This document shows positions 37,201 through 50,500 of a DNA stretch of 64,000 nt, piece by piece. This stretch comes from Catajapyx aquilonaris. Its lineage: Eukaryota. The position numbers were made by a program, and so were the translations under genes. The notes beneath the pieces were generated by a model. It ran no database searches. It was not told where the DNA came from and saw only the letters and a list, made by a program, of their open reading frames with translations. The DNA is taken from assembly GCA_000934665.2 (NCBI GenBank), contig JYFJ02000469.1, positions 1 through 64,000 on the forward strand, given 5' to 3'. Positions within the stretch are counted from its first letter, which is position 1, and every line of letters starts with the position of its first letter.

Positions 37201-40200
37201 TCTGCTCCAAGGCGAAACACTGATCCTGCAAATAAATGGTGGTACGTTGCAACTTTATCCATAATTTCTAATCGAACTTAATGCGTACCTCCAGAGTGGT
37301 TTTGAGCAGAGCCATTTCTTCTTCCTTCGCCTGGAGCTTCTCCTTCAGCTCTTTCTCCATTATCTCGTTGCCGGTGGCATCCAGGTGATAGGAAGGAAAG
37401 CCAACCTTGGCAGGTTCCAGTATCGATGGCATGCTCATAGCACAAGACACATCCGCTCTCCGGAGAACCTCAATGGAGTCGTCCTCATCTTTTCCTCCCA
37501 TTATCTTGCCGAAGTCCTGCTGGACATGGCGACCTGCCAGCACCTGAGGAATTCAAGGTAAAGTTGAGTTAACTTTCTAAAGTAAATGTCTGTCTAAGGC
37601 GGACAGTTGCACACTGATTAAATTGAGAAAAATATTCAAGGGTACTGTTTTCATCAAGGAGAGTGGTGAAGGTTTCGGATAATTCCACAAAATCAATGAC
37701 GGCATGCCATATTTTCAGTGACTGTCAATCCATATCACTTAATTGCTCATTAGACTTAGTTCACTTGCGCAAGCAATGCAAGGTGTTCATAATATGTATT
37801 TTTTTTTAATGTCTCATATTGAGACATCCTGACATGATTTGATTCTCACCATGGGCTCCAGTGCTGCCCTCGTCTGCGAACTTCCCGTTTGGTATGCATT
37901 CTCCAACTTTTGTTGCAGGACACGGAACTGAGAGTTAAGAAAGTCAAGTTCTGCATTCTTCTCGATGAGGAGCTCCCGTATGACTTCATTCGATGGCTGC
38001 TTGGGAAGATCCGGCTGTTGTTGGCTTAGATCATCGATTTCCTAATCCACAGAAAAAAGAAAAAGAAAGAGAGAACATGAATTTACAGAAAGTTTAATCA
38101 TGTAACCATATGACAACTTGTCATTTTAAAGTCCACGATTCCAGGGTTTTTCTCACTAATAACATTACCACTACAATTATTATCAAACCCCAATGTTACA
38201 GTTCGAGTACCTACATCGTCAGTGTCAGTGTTGAGGCTGTCATTCATGAAACTCCTCTGGTCGTCCTTGCTGAGGCTCCATGACCTCGGGTCCTCACTGT
38301 TTGACTTCCTTCCCCCAGGGAGACTTGGGCCACCCACCACCCCAGTCCTGCTCGCCTGGGCCACCAAACCCAGGCGAGGGACATTTGGGGTCAAGCTCTC
38401 TACTTTTCTCACTGGTATGCCATTTCCCAACCAGTTCAGAAAGGACATTGTTCCTCAAGCAGCAATACTCTGATACTTTCATTCTTCTTCACCCTACCTT
38501 GTTATTTGCTATCACCCCCATTGCGTAATCAAATAATTCTTCCTATTTATATGCTGCCAATTTTGTGATATGTTACTACTTGCAGAAGGTTTTCTTCACT
38601 GGGATTTAGCAGGTGGTGGTAGGATGCAGGGAGTGGAGTTGGGCCAAGGGTCCCCAAATGCAGGCGGAAGGATGGTAGGTTGCACGGCCAGTTTGGGCCC
38701 AACTCCTTTTTTCAATTTACACCTATCTTATGTTGCCAAGGAACATGCGCATTGTTGTAAATACATTAGTTTCAATTATTATTGTTCTTCATGATAAAGT
38801 TTATCCATGGCCCAAAGACCATGGTCTAGGCAGGCGTAACATCCCCCACAAGTAACACAGAGTGAAATTGGCATGTAACTTGCAGTGTGGCCCTGGCTGA
38901 CCTCAGTATATAAGGATTCCCTAACCTGTTGCATGTTGTTGCCAAGATCAACAATGAAGGACTACTGCTAGGTTAATGGCACTATATATTCGACTACAGG
39001 TCCAGTAATTTAGGCCGCGTTTACATCCGAGCGATTCTTTCAGCAATGACTCAAATTGTTTCGGGCGAAAGTAACAATCAATTTTTGTCCCAAACAATTG
39101 GCTTCATTGCTCATCACTGAGCAAATCATTCGCATGTAAACACGGCTTTATTAAGGGCATTCCCACATATTATACTGAAGTCACTAGCATTTAATTTTTA
39201 CTTTCATTGTTGAAAGTCATTGTCGCCATTGCAACATCAGTACCCACATTCTGATGTCAATATTACAACATATGTAAATGTCGCCGGTGATTCCGTGTGA
39301 ACCCACATTACCCTCTGTTCATGAAGTACAAACAAAATTATCTGATAGACAGCTACACACAGGGTCATTCATTTTTTTCTGGCATGACAACTACCTATGG
39401 ATGATCTCTCCTTTTTTCTCCCCCACTACTCGGAGAGCCAACAGTTGTGACACAACATGGTAGAACCTACTACTTCACAATCTCAGTGTACCACTCTGTG
39501 AAGATTGGGATATTTCTCTAAAGAAGAATATATTGTTGAGATAAATAAAACTGGCTAACCTTCTGCTTTTCTTCAATTTTCTTCCTCTCTTCCTCCGCTT
39601 TGTTGGAAGCCTTCAGCAGATTCAGAAGCTCCTCATTTTCCTTCCTCAGCTTGTCCGACTCATCCCTGTAGGCCAGGATCTTTCCCCTGGTCTGTTCAAG
39701 CTGCTCCTTGGCTTGCCTGGCCTCCTTCTCTTTCCAGGCCAGCTCACCCCTGGCCTCTTCCGCCTCCTGCTGCACGGCCACCAGCCTTTGCCTCAACTCC
39801 TCAGGGTCGCAGGTAGGTGGGGTGGGCCTCATGCCTCTCTTCCCTTCTTCCAGTCTACCCTGCAGAGCTGATATCTGCTGAAGCTGGGTGCTCACTTTCT
39901 GTTGCAGAACTTCTCTCTCCAGCTGCATCTCCTCCTCTGCCTGACGCATCTTGCTTAGCTGCATCTCCAGGTCCCTCACCCGCTTCACAACCACTTCTTC
40001 CATGCGAGCCAAGCTCTCGAACTTCACTTCCACTCTCCGAACTTCATCCATCTGGAATGATGACGGGGACAGTTCCCGGACGTCCTCCAGGGAACCACCA
40101 GCCAACGATCGGGAAGCATCCAAATGGTCCCTTTTGAATGAAACGAGCTATTAATTTAATAAGTTCAAATCACTCCAATTGTTCAATCTTGCACAGACAA

Positions 40201-43200
40201 CAGTCACTGTTAATGTACTGAACTTTCACTGTTGATGAAATGGGTACACAAAAGGTCCAGAAAACACATCACATTTGCCTCATGACCATTCAATGTGTAC
40301 CAATATGTGAAGAAATTTAATTGACCTGCCTTTTGAGGCTCTCATAAAAACTATGGAGGTTCAGTAGGCCTACGAGAAAATGCATCACCACACTGAATCT
40401 ATAGAGACGGTACATCACCTGATTGAAACATCCTCAGTAGAAGGATTGCTGGAATTCTCAGTGGCAAATGGTAGATGAAGTGATTCCAGCTCGTGAGTCT
40501 TCCGAGTGACCTTTTCTTCCAGTTCCCTCAGCTGGGCCTTCATCTCTTGCACCAGGGTCGTGTTAACTTGGTACTGCTCCACCATCAAGGATTTGTTGGC
40601 CAGCTGTTCTTCCAATTCATGGACATGGTCTACAAGATCGGCCATGGGTGTAGTGCTGCGAACTGCTTCCAACTTGGGAAAAATCATACAAAAATTAGCC
40701 TGCGTGCCGTGTAGCCAACAGTGGAGAAGTTGTGGTGCTCCCACAGACGAAAGCAAGTGTGTGAAGCCACAGGTGTGAGAATGAGAAACAAAAGCAAGTG
40801 TACCTCTTGCTTCAAAGCCTGAACCTCCTGCCTAAGTTGGACTTCTTCGTGAGCCTTAGCATCCAGCTGGTTCTCCAAATTGCGAATAATCTCCCTCAAG
40901 TCCCAAATCTACAGAAGGGGGATATAAGGTTTGACACAACTCCCCAACAAACTACCAGAAGAAAAACACCCAGAAATAAGTGGTTTTTTCCCCCAAAAAC
41001 CTACAGTACCTTGTCCACAGTGGCCTTCAACTCGGCCTCCACTTCCTCCTTCCGATCTGTCGATTCCTTCACCAATGACGTTCTGTCACGCAGCTGCTGC
41101 TCCAGAGCCTCCACCTATTTGCAGCATTGCAAATTCCAGTTTTTTTTTGTATGTCTAAACTACTCTACGTCGTACTAAAGTACTATGCAGCCCTAATTTG
41201 AGTGGATACATCATGCTGCCAAATAGTCAGGTGCATGAAAATTAATGTCGTCATCCAAAATAATAACTGGGGGCAAAAGGGCCCCAAATCTGGGAACACA
41301 GTCTTTTAAAGCAAATAATTTACTTTTTGCTATTACAATGTGGTTTCATATAAAATTCAAATTGAGTGTATTTACACAAAATAGGTGCTAAGGTGGTGGC
41401 ATTTTATTAGAGCTGAACAGAGACGACTTTGAACAAACTTACTAGGATTGACAAGTAATAATGTTTTGCATGTGATGCAGCACTGCCTTGCACCAATGCT
41501 ATTTAATTACTTCCACACATTTTGGGTCAAGTTGATTGCTCTACATCAAACTGACCATCATGCATATGTATCCACTCATTAACTATCAAAAGCTCAGTTA
41601 CCTAACCATGCATAAGCCTGTTAAAATTGAGGGTTAGAAATCAGGTTAAGACCTGGCATTCTTAAGAGAGAAAATAAAACCTTTAAAATAAAGCCCAGTC
41701 GCTCTTCATGTGTTAGTTCGGGTTAGTCGTAGTACCCTTAAGCCTTATAGGAAAACTCACTCTCTGATTTAGAACGGAGACCAATTGCTGTCCTAGGTGC
41801 GCGTGCGTACCCTACACAGGAGTTAGGGAGGGAAATAAGAAAAACCGATGACCAACAGCATGATATATTCCCATGCAAAAAAAAAGCAGTGATAAATAAA
41901 AAGCATTTGTGCCCAGTGTGACATATTTACAAAAATGGTGGATAGGTTGAAAATAAGATGGTGCGGTTTTAATGGACATGAACTTACCTCCTTGGCAATT
42001 ATATCCCCTTCAGACTTTTCCTTCTCCTTCTCTTTGATGATGCACTGCAGCTTCTCAATCTCCCGAAGGAACTCCTCCCTCTCCTGTTCCCGCTCAGCTG
42101 CTTGGTCCTCCAGGAATGCCCTTGTAGACCTCAGTTGCTTGTCAGCCGCATCTATCTGCAAATATTATTTCCAACGGTTACTTTTATTAACTACCGAGGC
42201 CTCATGCACACTTATGCAACATGCAATGCACATGTCAAAGTGTAAGGGCCAGGCAGCATGTCAATCTGCATTAAGAAACGGCCTTCTCAAAACTATCTCA
42301 TGCTTCCTACTGCACTTCAAAATTACTTAATGAGCCCTACACCAAGAATACTTTACTCTCAAAGATTGGCTTGAAACTCAGAAACAGCTAGCATGTTCCC
42401 TTGTGAGTATACAAATTGATTTACTGCAACTAAATTAACCCTAGCTAATGTCCACACCAATTTATGTGACCTACTTGTTGGGAAAAATCAGTGCCAGCAA
42501 CTGAATCCAAAAATTTTATAAAATGGGGACAAATTTAAAGAGCAGAAAGGGCCTACCTGGAAAAGATCCTTATAAGTGACTCTCGCTTATTTTCAAAATT
42601 ATTGCATTTGTGTATCATTTCCTGTCACTTGGCCACTGTACCTGTTGTTCTAGATCTTCCACTTCTCTTCTGGCATCTTCCGACACCTTGTCACTCTCTC
42701 GGCTGAGCTCCTCCATGACAGCCTCCAGCTCCCTGATCCTCTGCTGTGACCTGGAAGGGTCCATTCTCCCCTTGGTTGCATCCCCCCCAGCATCCAAAAG
42801 TGCTCTGGCCCTGTCCTGGAGAGCACCAAGGTCTTCCATCCGATGCCGGAAACTTGGAAGCACCTGCTCTCCCAGTCCTTCTGTGACAATTTCCCTTCGC
42901 CTTTCCTCTGCCTCCTTCACTGCATGGACCTCTGCAGCAATCCTTTCCATATCACAGCGAACCTTTCCGACCTCCTGCTCCAGGAACTCCTTCTCTTTCA
43001 CCAGGGACGCCATGTGACCTCTTCCCCACTCGACCTCCCGCTGGTAGTCCTCATTTTCAGACTTGACAGTGTTCAACTGCTCAGCACACCAAATGAGTGA
43101 CCAAATAAGTACAATGCCATTAAAATTTCAATATTAACTATTATTCAGCATTCTACGACTAACATTCAAAGTTTGTCAATTTTGTGTCAGTTACCCATGC

Positions 43201-45727
43201 TGCTTTTGCATAGCTTCTGACTACATAATATGCTTTCTACTGACTACGAGATAGATCAGGCAATTCTATTCTGCAGCAGCTTGTGGTCGAATGTCTCCTA
43301 ATTTTTAAAACTGGTTAGTCTTGTTATAAGCCTACCTCAGAGCGTACTTTTTAAGCACATGCCATTTGACTGCAAGCTTCCAGTTTCAATTGCTAAACCC
43401 ACATTGCACAGTGCAATGAAACCTGTGTATTGCAGAATTGATGCAACTGAGCAACACCTTTCCATAAGAGAGAAGTTTCTGCTATATTGGATAACAGAAA
43501 AAATAATAATTGAAGGCCTTATTCATAGCCAGGGTTGCAAAATTTTCTGCAGTAGACAAGTTCCTGTTACACCAAGAATCTGCTACAGTCAGGTTTCTCA
43601 GTACAGCCGAAAGAATATTATGCAGCCAATACTTGGGACAACCCATAAAATGAAGCTGTACCTGTTCAACTAGCAATGCAATCTTGTCATTCATCATGGA
43701 CATCTCCAGCTCCAGGTCTGTCACTGAGTCACTCTCCCTCAGTGACAATCTTTTGCTGAGGTTCAAGGTGCTGCGCCTCACTGTATTCATGAATTCCGTC
43801 AGGTCAGATGGAGACTCCTCCTGAACATTCTCCACCTTTTGGAGAAGGCACTCAAGCTCTGAAACCTCCAGCTCATTTTCCGGAGATTGGCATGATACTG
43901 CGCTGTCGTTTGAATTCCCCGTAGAGGAAGATGGGAAATCACCAGATGAAGGCTTGTGGCAATGGAGATGGTGACTGAGCTCCTGCTTGCTCAAAGTGTA
44001 GTACTCAATTAGATTGGAGCTCAGGAGCTTCAGTTGGTCACAGCTGGTCTTGTAGCAGTCCCTGCGCGAGGGTTGACATGGAGATTAAGATATGACAGAT
44101 GCAGATAATACCTTGTGTTCAATAGCTAACAAGCTGGTGTCTAAAATGGCATATGGGACTACCCCTTTCTAAGTAAACAACACTGATATACTCCTATTGC
44201 AAATTACCCTTTTTGAGCCATTGGAATTTGGTGTCAATGATTGGACCCATTTTTCTAAACTTGCTTTACCTTGCGTTACTTTTCATTAGTTGAAACTGAT
44301 TACACCTACGATAAGCAGTTAAATATTTTAATAACCCCCAAAAGGAGCTGTTCCAGAGAAACTGCATAAATATAAGTAGTGAGTACAAAATATTGTTAAC
44401 AAACACATTATAAAGATCTACTGTGTTATACTTCAAGTATTCAAGCAAATACTTTTAAAATGAACTAACAAAGTGTCTACATGTTCAAAACTATGATAAA
44501 TCATCTTCTTGAATTTCATTCGACTTGTCCTCACATAATGAGAGATGTTCAGTAATAAATATGTTCATGTAGAGTTGTAGTAGTAAATTAATTAAACGCT
44601 TGTAGTTACCTTTCCTTTTGCAGCTTCTCCCAGTCATCTTGAAGCACAATGGAAATCATATGAGCAGTCAAGACTACTTCTTCGCCCAGCTGGTTCTGCA
44701 GAGCTACTTTGGCCTCTTGAAGCTATAAATATCAATATGGTCATGAATTGCTTCTTGACAATAAACTAGGAAAGCTCACCTTTTGCTCAAAGTCGTCAAA
44801 GGCTCTCTCATAATCGCACACCTTCTCCTCTGCCTTCCTCATTGCCTCTTCCAGAGCCTGCTTGTGCTGTGCCACAATGCTTTCCAATTCCTTTGCGTGA
44901 TCATCCTGTAAGCTTCTCATGTCCTCCTTACGCTGCTCGTTCAATTTTTCCACAGCTTCCTCTCTCAGCCTCAGAGCCTCCTCCAGCTGCATTTTGTGAC
45001 TCTCAACAAATTTTGCCTGTCCCACCTCCATCTCCTTCCTGAACAAGTTCGTCATCTCCTCAAATTCCTTCATCAGGCCTTGCTTCTGGGATGCAATTTT
45101 GTCACAACAGTCCTCCTCCAAAGCAGTCCTGAGCTCCTTAACATTAGCCTCGTGGTCCTCCCTTTGACGTTCCAGTTGAAGATTTAGCCCCTGAATCTGC
45201 TCGTTCAGGGCATCAAGTTCCTCCTTTTGCTTGTTAGCCCAAGTGTCCTTCAACTTGGCATTTTCCTCGTCAAATTGCACTTTGATGTTTTCCCTGAGCG
45301 ATGATTCCAACTGTGCCTTTTCCATATTGCTCGCATGTATCACAACCTAATTAACGAAAAACAGCTTTAAGAATTGCATTTTTAATCAAGCTACCTTAAG
45401 ATGAGATAATCCACCCTGAGGGGTACATCCATGAATTATGTGCACAGAGGGAGTTACATTTTTCATATGGAAATGCATACATGAAATGGTTACGTGTCAG
45501 ACAAAAACAACCTCTTTGGCAGTACAGTAACCACTTACATTTTCAAACCTCACACAGTACATCCTTCACACTGCAATGTACAAAACTTTTCTTAGCAAGT
45601 GCATATTGGCTCTGACAGCTTTTGACAAAAAAGTGCACAATGGTCCAGATCCCATTTTTCAATCGCTTCAATGGCGTGATTAGCTAAATGCAATCTGTGA
45701 GGATATGGAGGTATGACGGTAGTGTAA

Positions 45728-45759
<32 letters not shown>

Positions 45760-47549
45760 AGTACCTGCATTTCTTGGAGGTATTTCTCGTTGTAAGCCTC
45801 GTCAGCCATCCTCCGACAATTTTCCATTTCTTTCTCATGCTTGGTGTGTGTCTCTTGGTCCCTGGCAGATGCCTCTGCCATGTGACGTTCCAGTTCAACA
45901 TCAAACTCCCTCCGCAAGTTTTCTGTCTGTTCGGCATGTTTGCGAAGCAATTCGTCCGTGTCTTTCTCATGCGACTGCTTCAATTCGTCATACAAGTTTT
46001 GGAGGCGCTTTTGGTACTCCAGCTTTAAATTTTCCATTTCCGTGATGTGGGCCGTCTCCACCGTCTTTTTGTGTTGCTCCAACATGGTGTAATACTCCTC
46101 CAGACGGTTTTCGTCCATCTCTCTGAAAAAGTCCACAACCAAGAGCTCAGTGGACACTCTGCGGGAGTCATTCAAACAAAAGAGTGCCGGCGACACCAAT
46201 CGTTTTTTGGCTGAAAGTAGCACGTATCCGCACAGGAAAATGACAGCCACAAACACTACCATCTGGTAGTTTGTACAGTAAAAAGTTCTGACACTCAAAC
46301 TTCACTATATCAACAGATCACAATAGCCAAAATAATCGTCTCCAATTGACGAAAAATTAATTGGATTTTACATTGCCGCAAATTGTTTCAGCATTCTGAT
46401 TATAAGCTCTAGACTTCAACATATGAGATCAAAACTAACTATCGATTACTCTTCCTGCATATGACCACCTACGTCAACTTCCGGAAAAAGTTTTTAAAAA
46501 ATCCTCAAAGGAGTCCTCCTACGTATGAAACTGTCCATCAAGATTTCCCTACTTGCTGCATCGTTAAAAGTGACTGACATTACCAATTTATAATGACTAA
46601 CAGGCACAAGATTTGTCTGGTTCAGTCATCCTAACATGATTCCCTTACTTCTCCTCGTCAGTTTCGCAAATGTGGGTGATAGGCGGCGTCCTAGGCTCGA
46701 ACCCAAAGTCCCCTTGACAGTTCACATCATCAGACGCGGTGCTGCTATCCGATCGTCTCCTGGACCTCTCGTGGTACACACCCTCTGTGTACCTGCAAAC
46801 GAGAAAGAGACGCCGACTCGAAAAAGCACTCTAAATAAAGCCAAGCTCCCCTCCCAACACAACAACATACCGCCTCTCAGCCTCGGCATATTTCTTCTCA
46901 AAATATTTCCTCAGCTCTTCCATCTCCGCCGCATGTTTCTCCTCCATGTGTTTCTTCAAGGCGGCCACATCTTGCGGCACTTTGCTCCAAGAGTCCTGCA
47001 ACTCGGTGTGAAACTTCTCCTTTAAGGTCTCCATCTCCAGTCTGCAAAGCCAGAATGAGTGATTGATTGCCCCCCCTTTTTGCCCAACTCATCCCCCTAT
47101 ATATGTGAAGAACCCACCTGAATTTCGATTCCAACTCGTCCCTCTCCTGTCTCACCAATTCTAGCTGGTGAGTGAGCGATTCTTCCTCACTTTTTGCTCT
47201 GGTTCGAATATCTTCATGCATCTCAACAATCAGGTCGTACTCGTCCGCAATGTTCTTTCTGACTAGACTCATGTTTTCACGGAGCTGACCAACTCGTGCC
47301 ATCATATCTGAGCGACACAAGGTAATTTTGGAATTAATCTTTCTGCGCAACAATTAACTCGATCGGCTCACCTTCTGCTGTGTTGAGCAATGTCTGTCTC
47401 TCGTTAATCAAATCTTCCACTTGGTTAGGATCGGTCGAGATTGGACCCGCCTCTTCATCCTCCCCATCCTGAACCATTCTATTGTCGGTCTCCTTTCGAA
47501 GAGTTTCCAATCTGTCAGAGCACGAACTTTGCCACCGCTGAGTCAAAGA
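31295..47549 (-). CDS. Pericentrin/AKAP9 (PLP)-like centrosomal coiled-coil protein with C-terminal PACT domain; 5' end not located
   Basis: Frame-consistent GT-AG exons: 47549-47372, 47307-47118, 47041-46871, 46792-46649, 46122-45765, 45346-44780, 44722-44610, 44061-43662, 43076-42642, 42155-41988, 41114-41010, 40908-40804, 40672-40419, 40130-39560, (38355-38215, uncertain 5' edge), 38041-37850, 37543-37289, 37225-37073, 37011-36547, 36356-36020, 35716-34724, 34059-33626, 33558-33223, 33110-32652, 32507-32130, 32056-31295. About 2,890 aa. Contains KQLRSTRAFLEDQAAEREQEREEF (pericentrin/AKAP9 mid-region motif) and the PACT domain. Confidence 0.92.
31595..31845 (-). other. PACT centrosomal targeting domain coding region
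   Basis: LYARCLRAESYRKALTWQKRYLLVVLTG...KKRFKVAVMAVVAMIRMHYLVQRW matches the PACT consensus (LRAESFRKALxYQKxYL...RFRxAVxVxxAxxRMxxLxxxW). Confidence 0.95.
38544..38744 (-). promoter_or_regulatory. Candidate intronic promoter (TATA box plus X-box) in the PACT gene
   Basis: TATAAATA (minus, 38551-38544) and GTTGCCAAGGAAC (38732-38744) upstream of an in-frame ATG at 38448. Confidence 0.35.
39013..39147. mobile_element. PIF/Harbinger-type MITE (135 bp)
   Basis: TIRs GGCCGCGTTTACAT / ATGTAAACACGGCT, TTA on both sides (39010-39012, 39148-39150), imperfect internal fold-back. Confidence 0.7.
45728..45759. repeat. (CTA)n microsatellite just inside an intron of the PACT gene
   Basis: About 10 perfect units starting a few nt from the donor at 45764. 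Confidence 0.9.
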
Positions 47550-50500
47550 CTGAAAGGGGGACACAAGAATGATTAAAAAAAAAAAAACATTGGATGAAAA
47601 GTCTGTCAGTAATGAGTCCATGCATCTGAATTCATTTTGGGATGGGAACAGAACCGCTGCTCTGGATGTAGAATATTCCAGGAGCCCCCCCAGAAACGAG
47701 AGAGGGTGAAAGCCACATCCTCATTTGCGAAATTGAAAGGAAATTACATTTGGAGGGATTTCCCGTCTGCAAGACATTTTCCAGAACGTCTCATTTGGAC
47801 CGGCACGAAACATCGATAGTCCACAAGAAGACACGCTCCAGATATTCTTGGCTAACTTAACAAAAGTGCTTCTTCTTCTTCAAATGTTCCTCTCCCAAGA
47901 AAACACGCTAATATAAATACTGGGTATACCAACACAACATTTAGCCACACCAGCCTGCCCCATCCTAACACTAGTCGATTACCTCTTCCAAAAGCCTCTC
48001 TCTTCCCGGCACAAAATGCCTCCATCGAAACGCAATCAAAGTAAAGAGACCATCTCGGGTCCTCTTGAGGAAACGGCCACATTAAGAGGAGGAAAAGGCT
48101 CGACAATTTCCCAGCTACAAAAATTTTGTGATTTACTCCGGGTTGTGACCAGCCAGCCGTTCACAACTTGGGATGACATAATCTAATCTGGCGTCTTGCC
48201 CACCAAAATGACAATCATGCGTGAGCTGCCGGATGAAAAAAAAAAGGCGCTTCCTGCAGATTTTCCACCAACAAGAATTTGCTGGGGACCAGATAACCCC
48301 GTATCACCTAGGAACCCTCTGACAAACAGGAGATTAAATTGGGAACCGGGCGTAATCTTCGAACTACGCAGCTTATCACGTGCGATTCGACGTGTTTGTT
48401 TGGGGACCCGTTTATGATGGGAACACCCAGCCTTAGAAGACAACTATAGGAAAAACATCGATCCGTTTTCAATAAAATGAAGTTTGGGGTATTGTACGGT
48501 ATAGGAAATCAAAAGGGGCGATAACAATATTTGCACTTTCCGTATGTGTTTGCATTCCAAAGTGCCCGGCATGCAAAATTGTTTCCGGCACTCTGGATCC
48601 TGTCGATAAAGTGGTATTTTGGTATGACCAGTGCGGAGTTACAGGCCGCATAAATCGTTGCAGTCTCCTCAGTTGCCATATCCTATGTAAAGTAATTTTC
48701 ATGCGTCGTATCACGACACCTCCAAAATAATCTCTGAATGGACTTTCCTCCAATTTCAGGTAACAATAGCTTTCGACGCTATAAATCCTATCCTATAGCC
48801 TCCAAAAAAAATCAACTCAGCGACTTTTCCTACCCTCTGTTTTATACTAGCACGAACTGCAGCATCAATCCTTCCACGTTCAGGCATTACGACCCCATAT
48901 AACCGCAGATACGTACAATATATATTTCGCCAGGAGGTCGAGACCCAAATGACCTCAGCACGTGTGCGGAAAAACACCAGGCTTTCTAGAAAATATGGTT
49001 ATGGACGCCATCTTTTTCAGTTCCTGTGCACCATCCCTAGGGTCTTTTGTTGGGGAGGCGCGGATCATTACCAACAATTATGAGCCTGAGCTTTAAAGAG
49101 GACAATGCAAAACTGCTGATGAACAGGTCCGCCCCACGTCCATTATCAAGTGCCATCCACCACATTCCATGCGTGTTCGTTCGCATTAGGACCATTCACA
49201 TGCGTGGATTTTGTGTAAAAAAAAATCGTCCCAGTTTTTTCCTCTCTTCTGCTCGAAACTGGTGCTAATGAAGCGTGCTAATGGATACTTATTAAATCTC
49301 CACACGAATTCCAAAAATTATGGAGCCGCCATCTGGCGGTTGGGAGGTGATGCTTCAACACTTATGGGCTCCATCATAAATAGGGAGGCGCCAGAAAATA
49401 GTTTTTCCCTGCATTTCACGGTTCATTTTGTGGGCACCAATAAAGCTGTTCGTCAAGTCAAGACCAGCCTGCTGCTATGGCACGTAAAAAAAAACACCAG
49501 TGGTTATGATGGGAGCTATATAGTTCGGATATACACAGGGTGATGGATGCTCCCAAATTCAAGTAAGCAGTTGTTTATGTCTAGCAACCAGCGATTTTTT
49601 TTTGAAAACATGGCAGTGCTGTAGGCATGTTGTTTCCAAACGAAAAGTTTTCAACGCTCGCTTGTCATGAAAGGGTTATAACCGACCTCCACCTAATCAA
49701 AACAATCGTGACTGACGAGCCCAGCACATGTTTCGGCTGGCCAATCATTGGCAGCCAGCTAGTTCCGGACTATTCGCGGATAAGTAAAAGTTTCGAGCTT
49801 TTATGCAGGCCATGCTCAGTTGTGGTTTTCGCTTATCAAAAACAGAAAGGCCTGCACATATAAACCAGCCTGCAGCACACACGTTTTTCAACTTTGTCTA
49901 TCACAATATGGCCCGATTTTTTTTTTTTTTTTGAAAAAAACTATTTTTTCGGTACACTTCTCAAAAGCCATGAAACTAGTCATTACGTGTTGATGGATTC
50001 ATGCTTACATTTTTTGGGTCATGAACTGCCATATATTTATCCCACCTCAGACACATAAAGCTGTCCCAAAATCCCCAGGAAATGGTGACAATTTTAAAGC
50101 CAACCGGTCCTAATCTCCCCAAAATCCTATATATCGACGAAGTGCCATTTTCAGCCGGCCAGACCCTAAATGAAAAGCCTTAGGATTATAAGGTTTTTGT
50201 AATGGGTTCTGGCCCCTTTAAAAAATGGCGGAGAGCGCCAAGGTAATAAAAAAAAATGTAATGCAAACGCCAGCTGTCTTCAGGGATTGGCGGTTGATTG
50301 ATCCGGTCTGATACAAGATGACGTGAGCTCACTCGTAAAAACTGTTCACTACCACATTAAACCTTAATGTTCCTGAGGAGGGCTAAGTTCGGTGGAAAAA
50401 AAAGTCAGCAAAATCCATTCGAGTATTATGGCAATTTCTCTGAAAATGTGGTCAACATCATACTGCCATATTATGCTGCTATTTCTGACTCATTATCCAG

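Noticed and set aside
31307..47025. Many plus-strand ORFs (e.g. 31307-31957, 32101-32511, 36472-36930)
   Set aside because: Ser/Leu/Pro-rich antisense shadows of the coiled-coil exons of the PACT gene.
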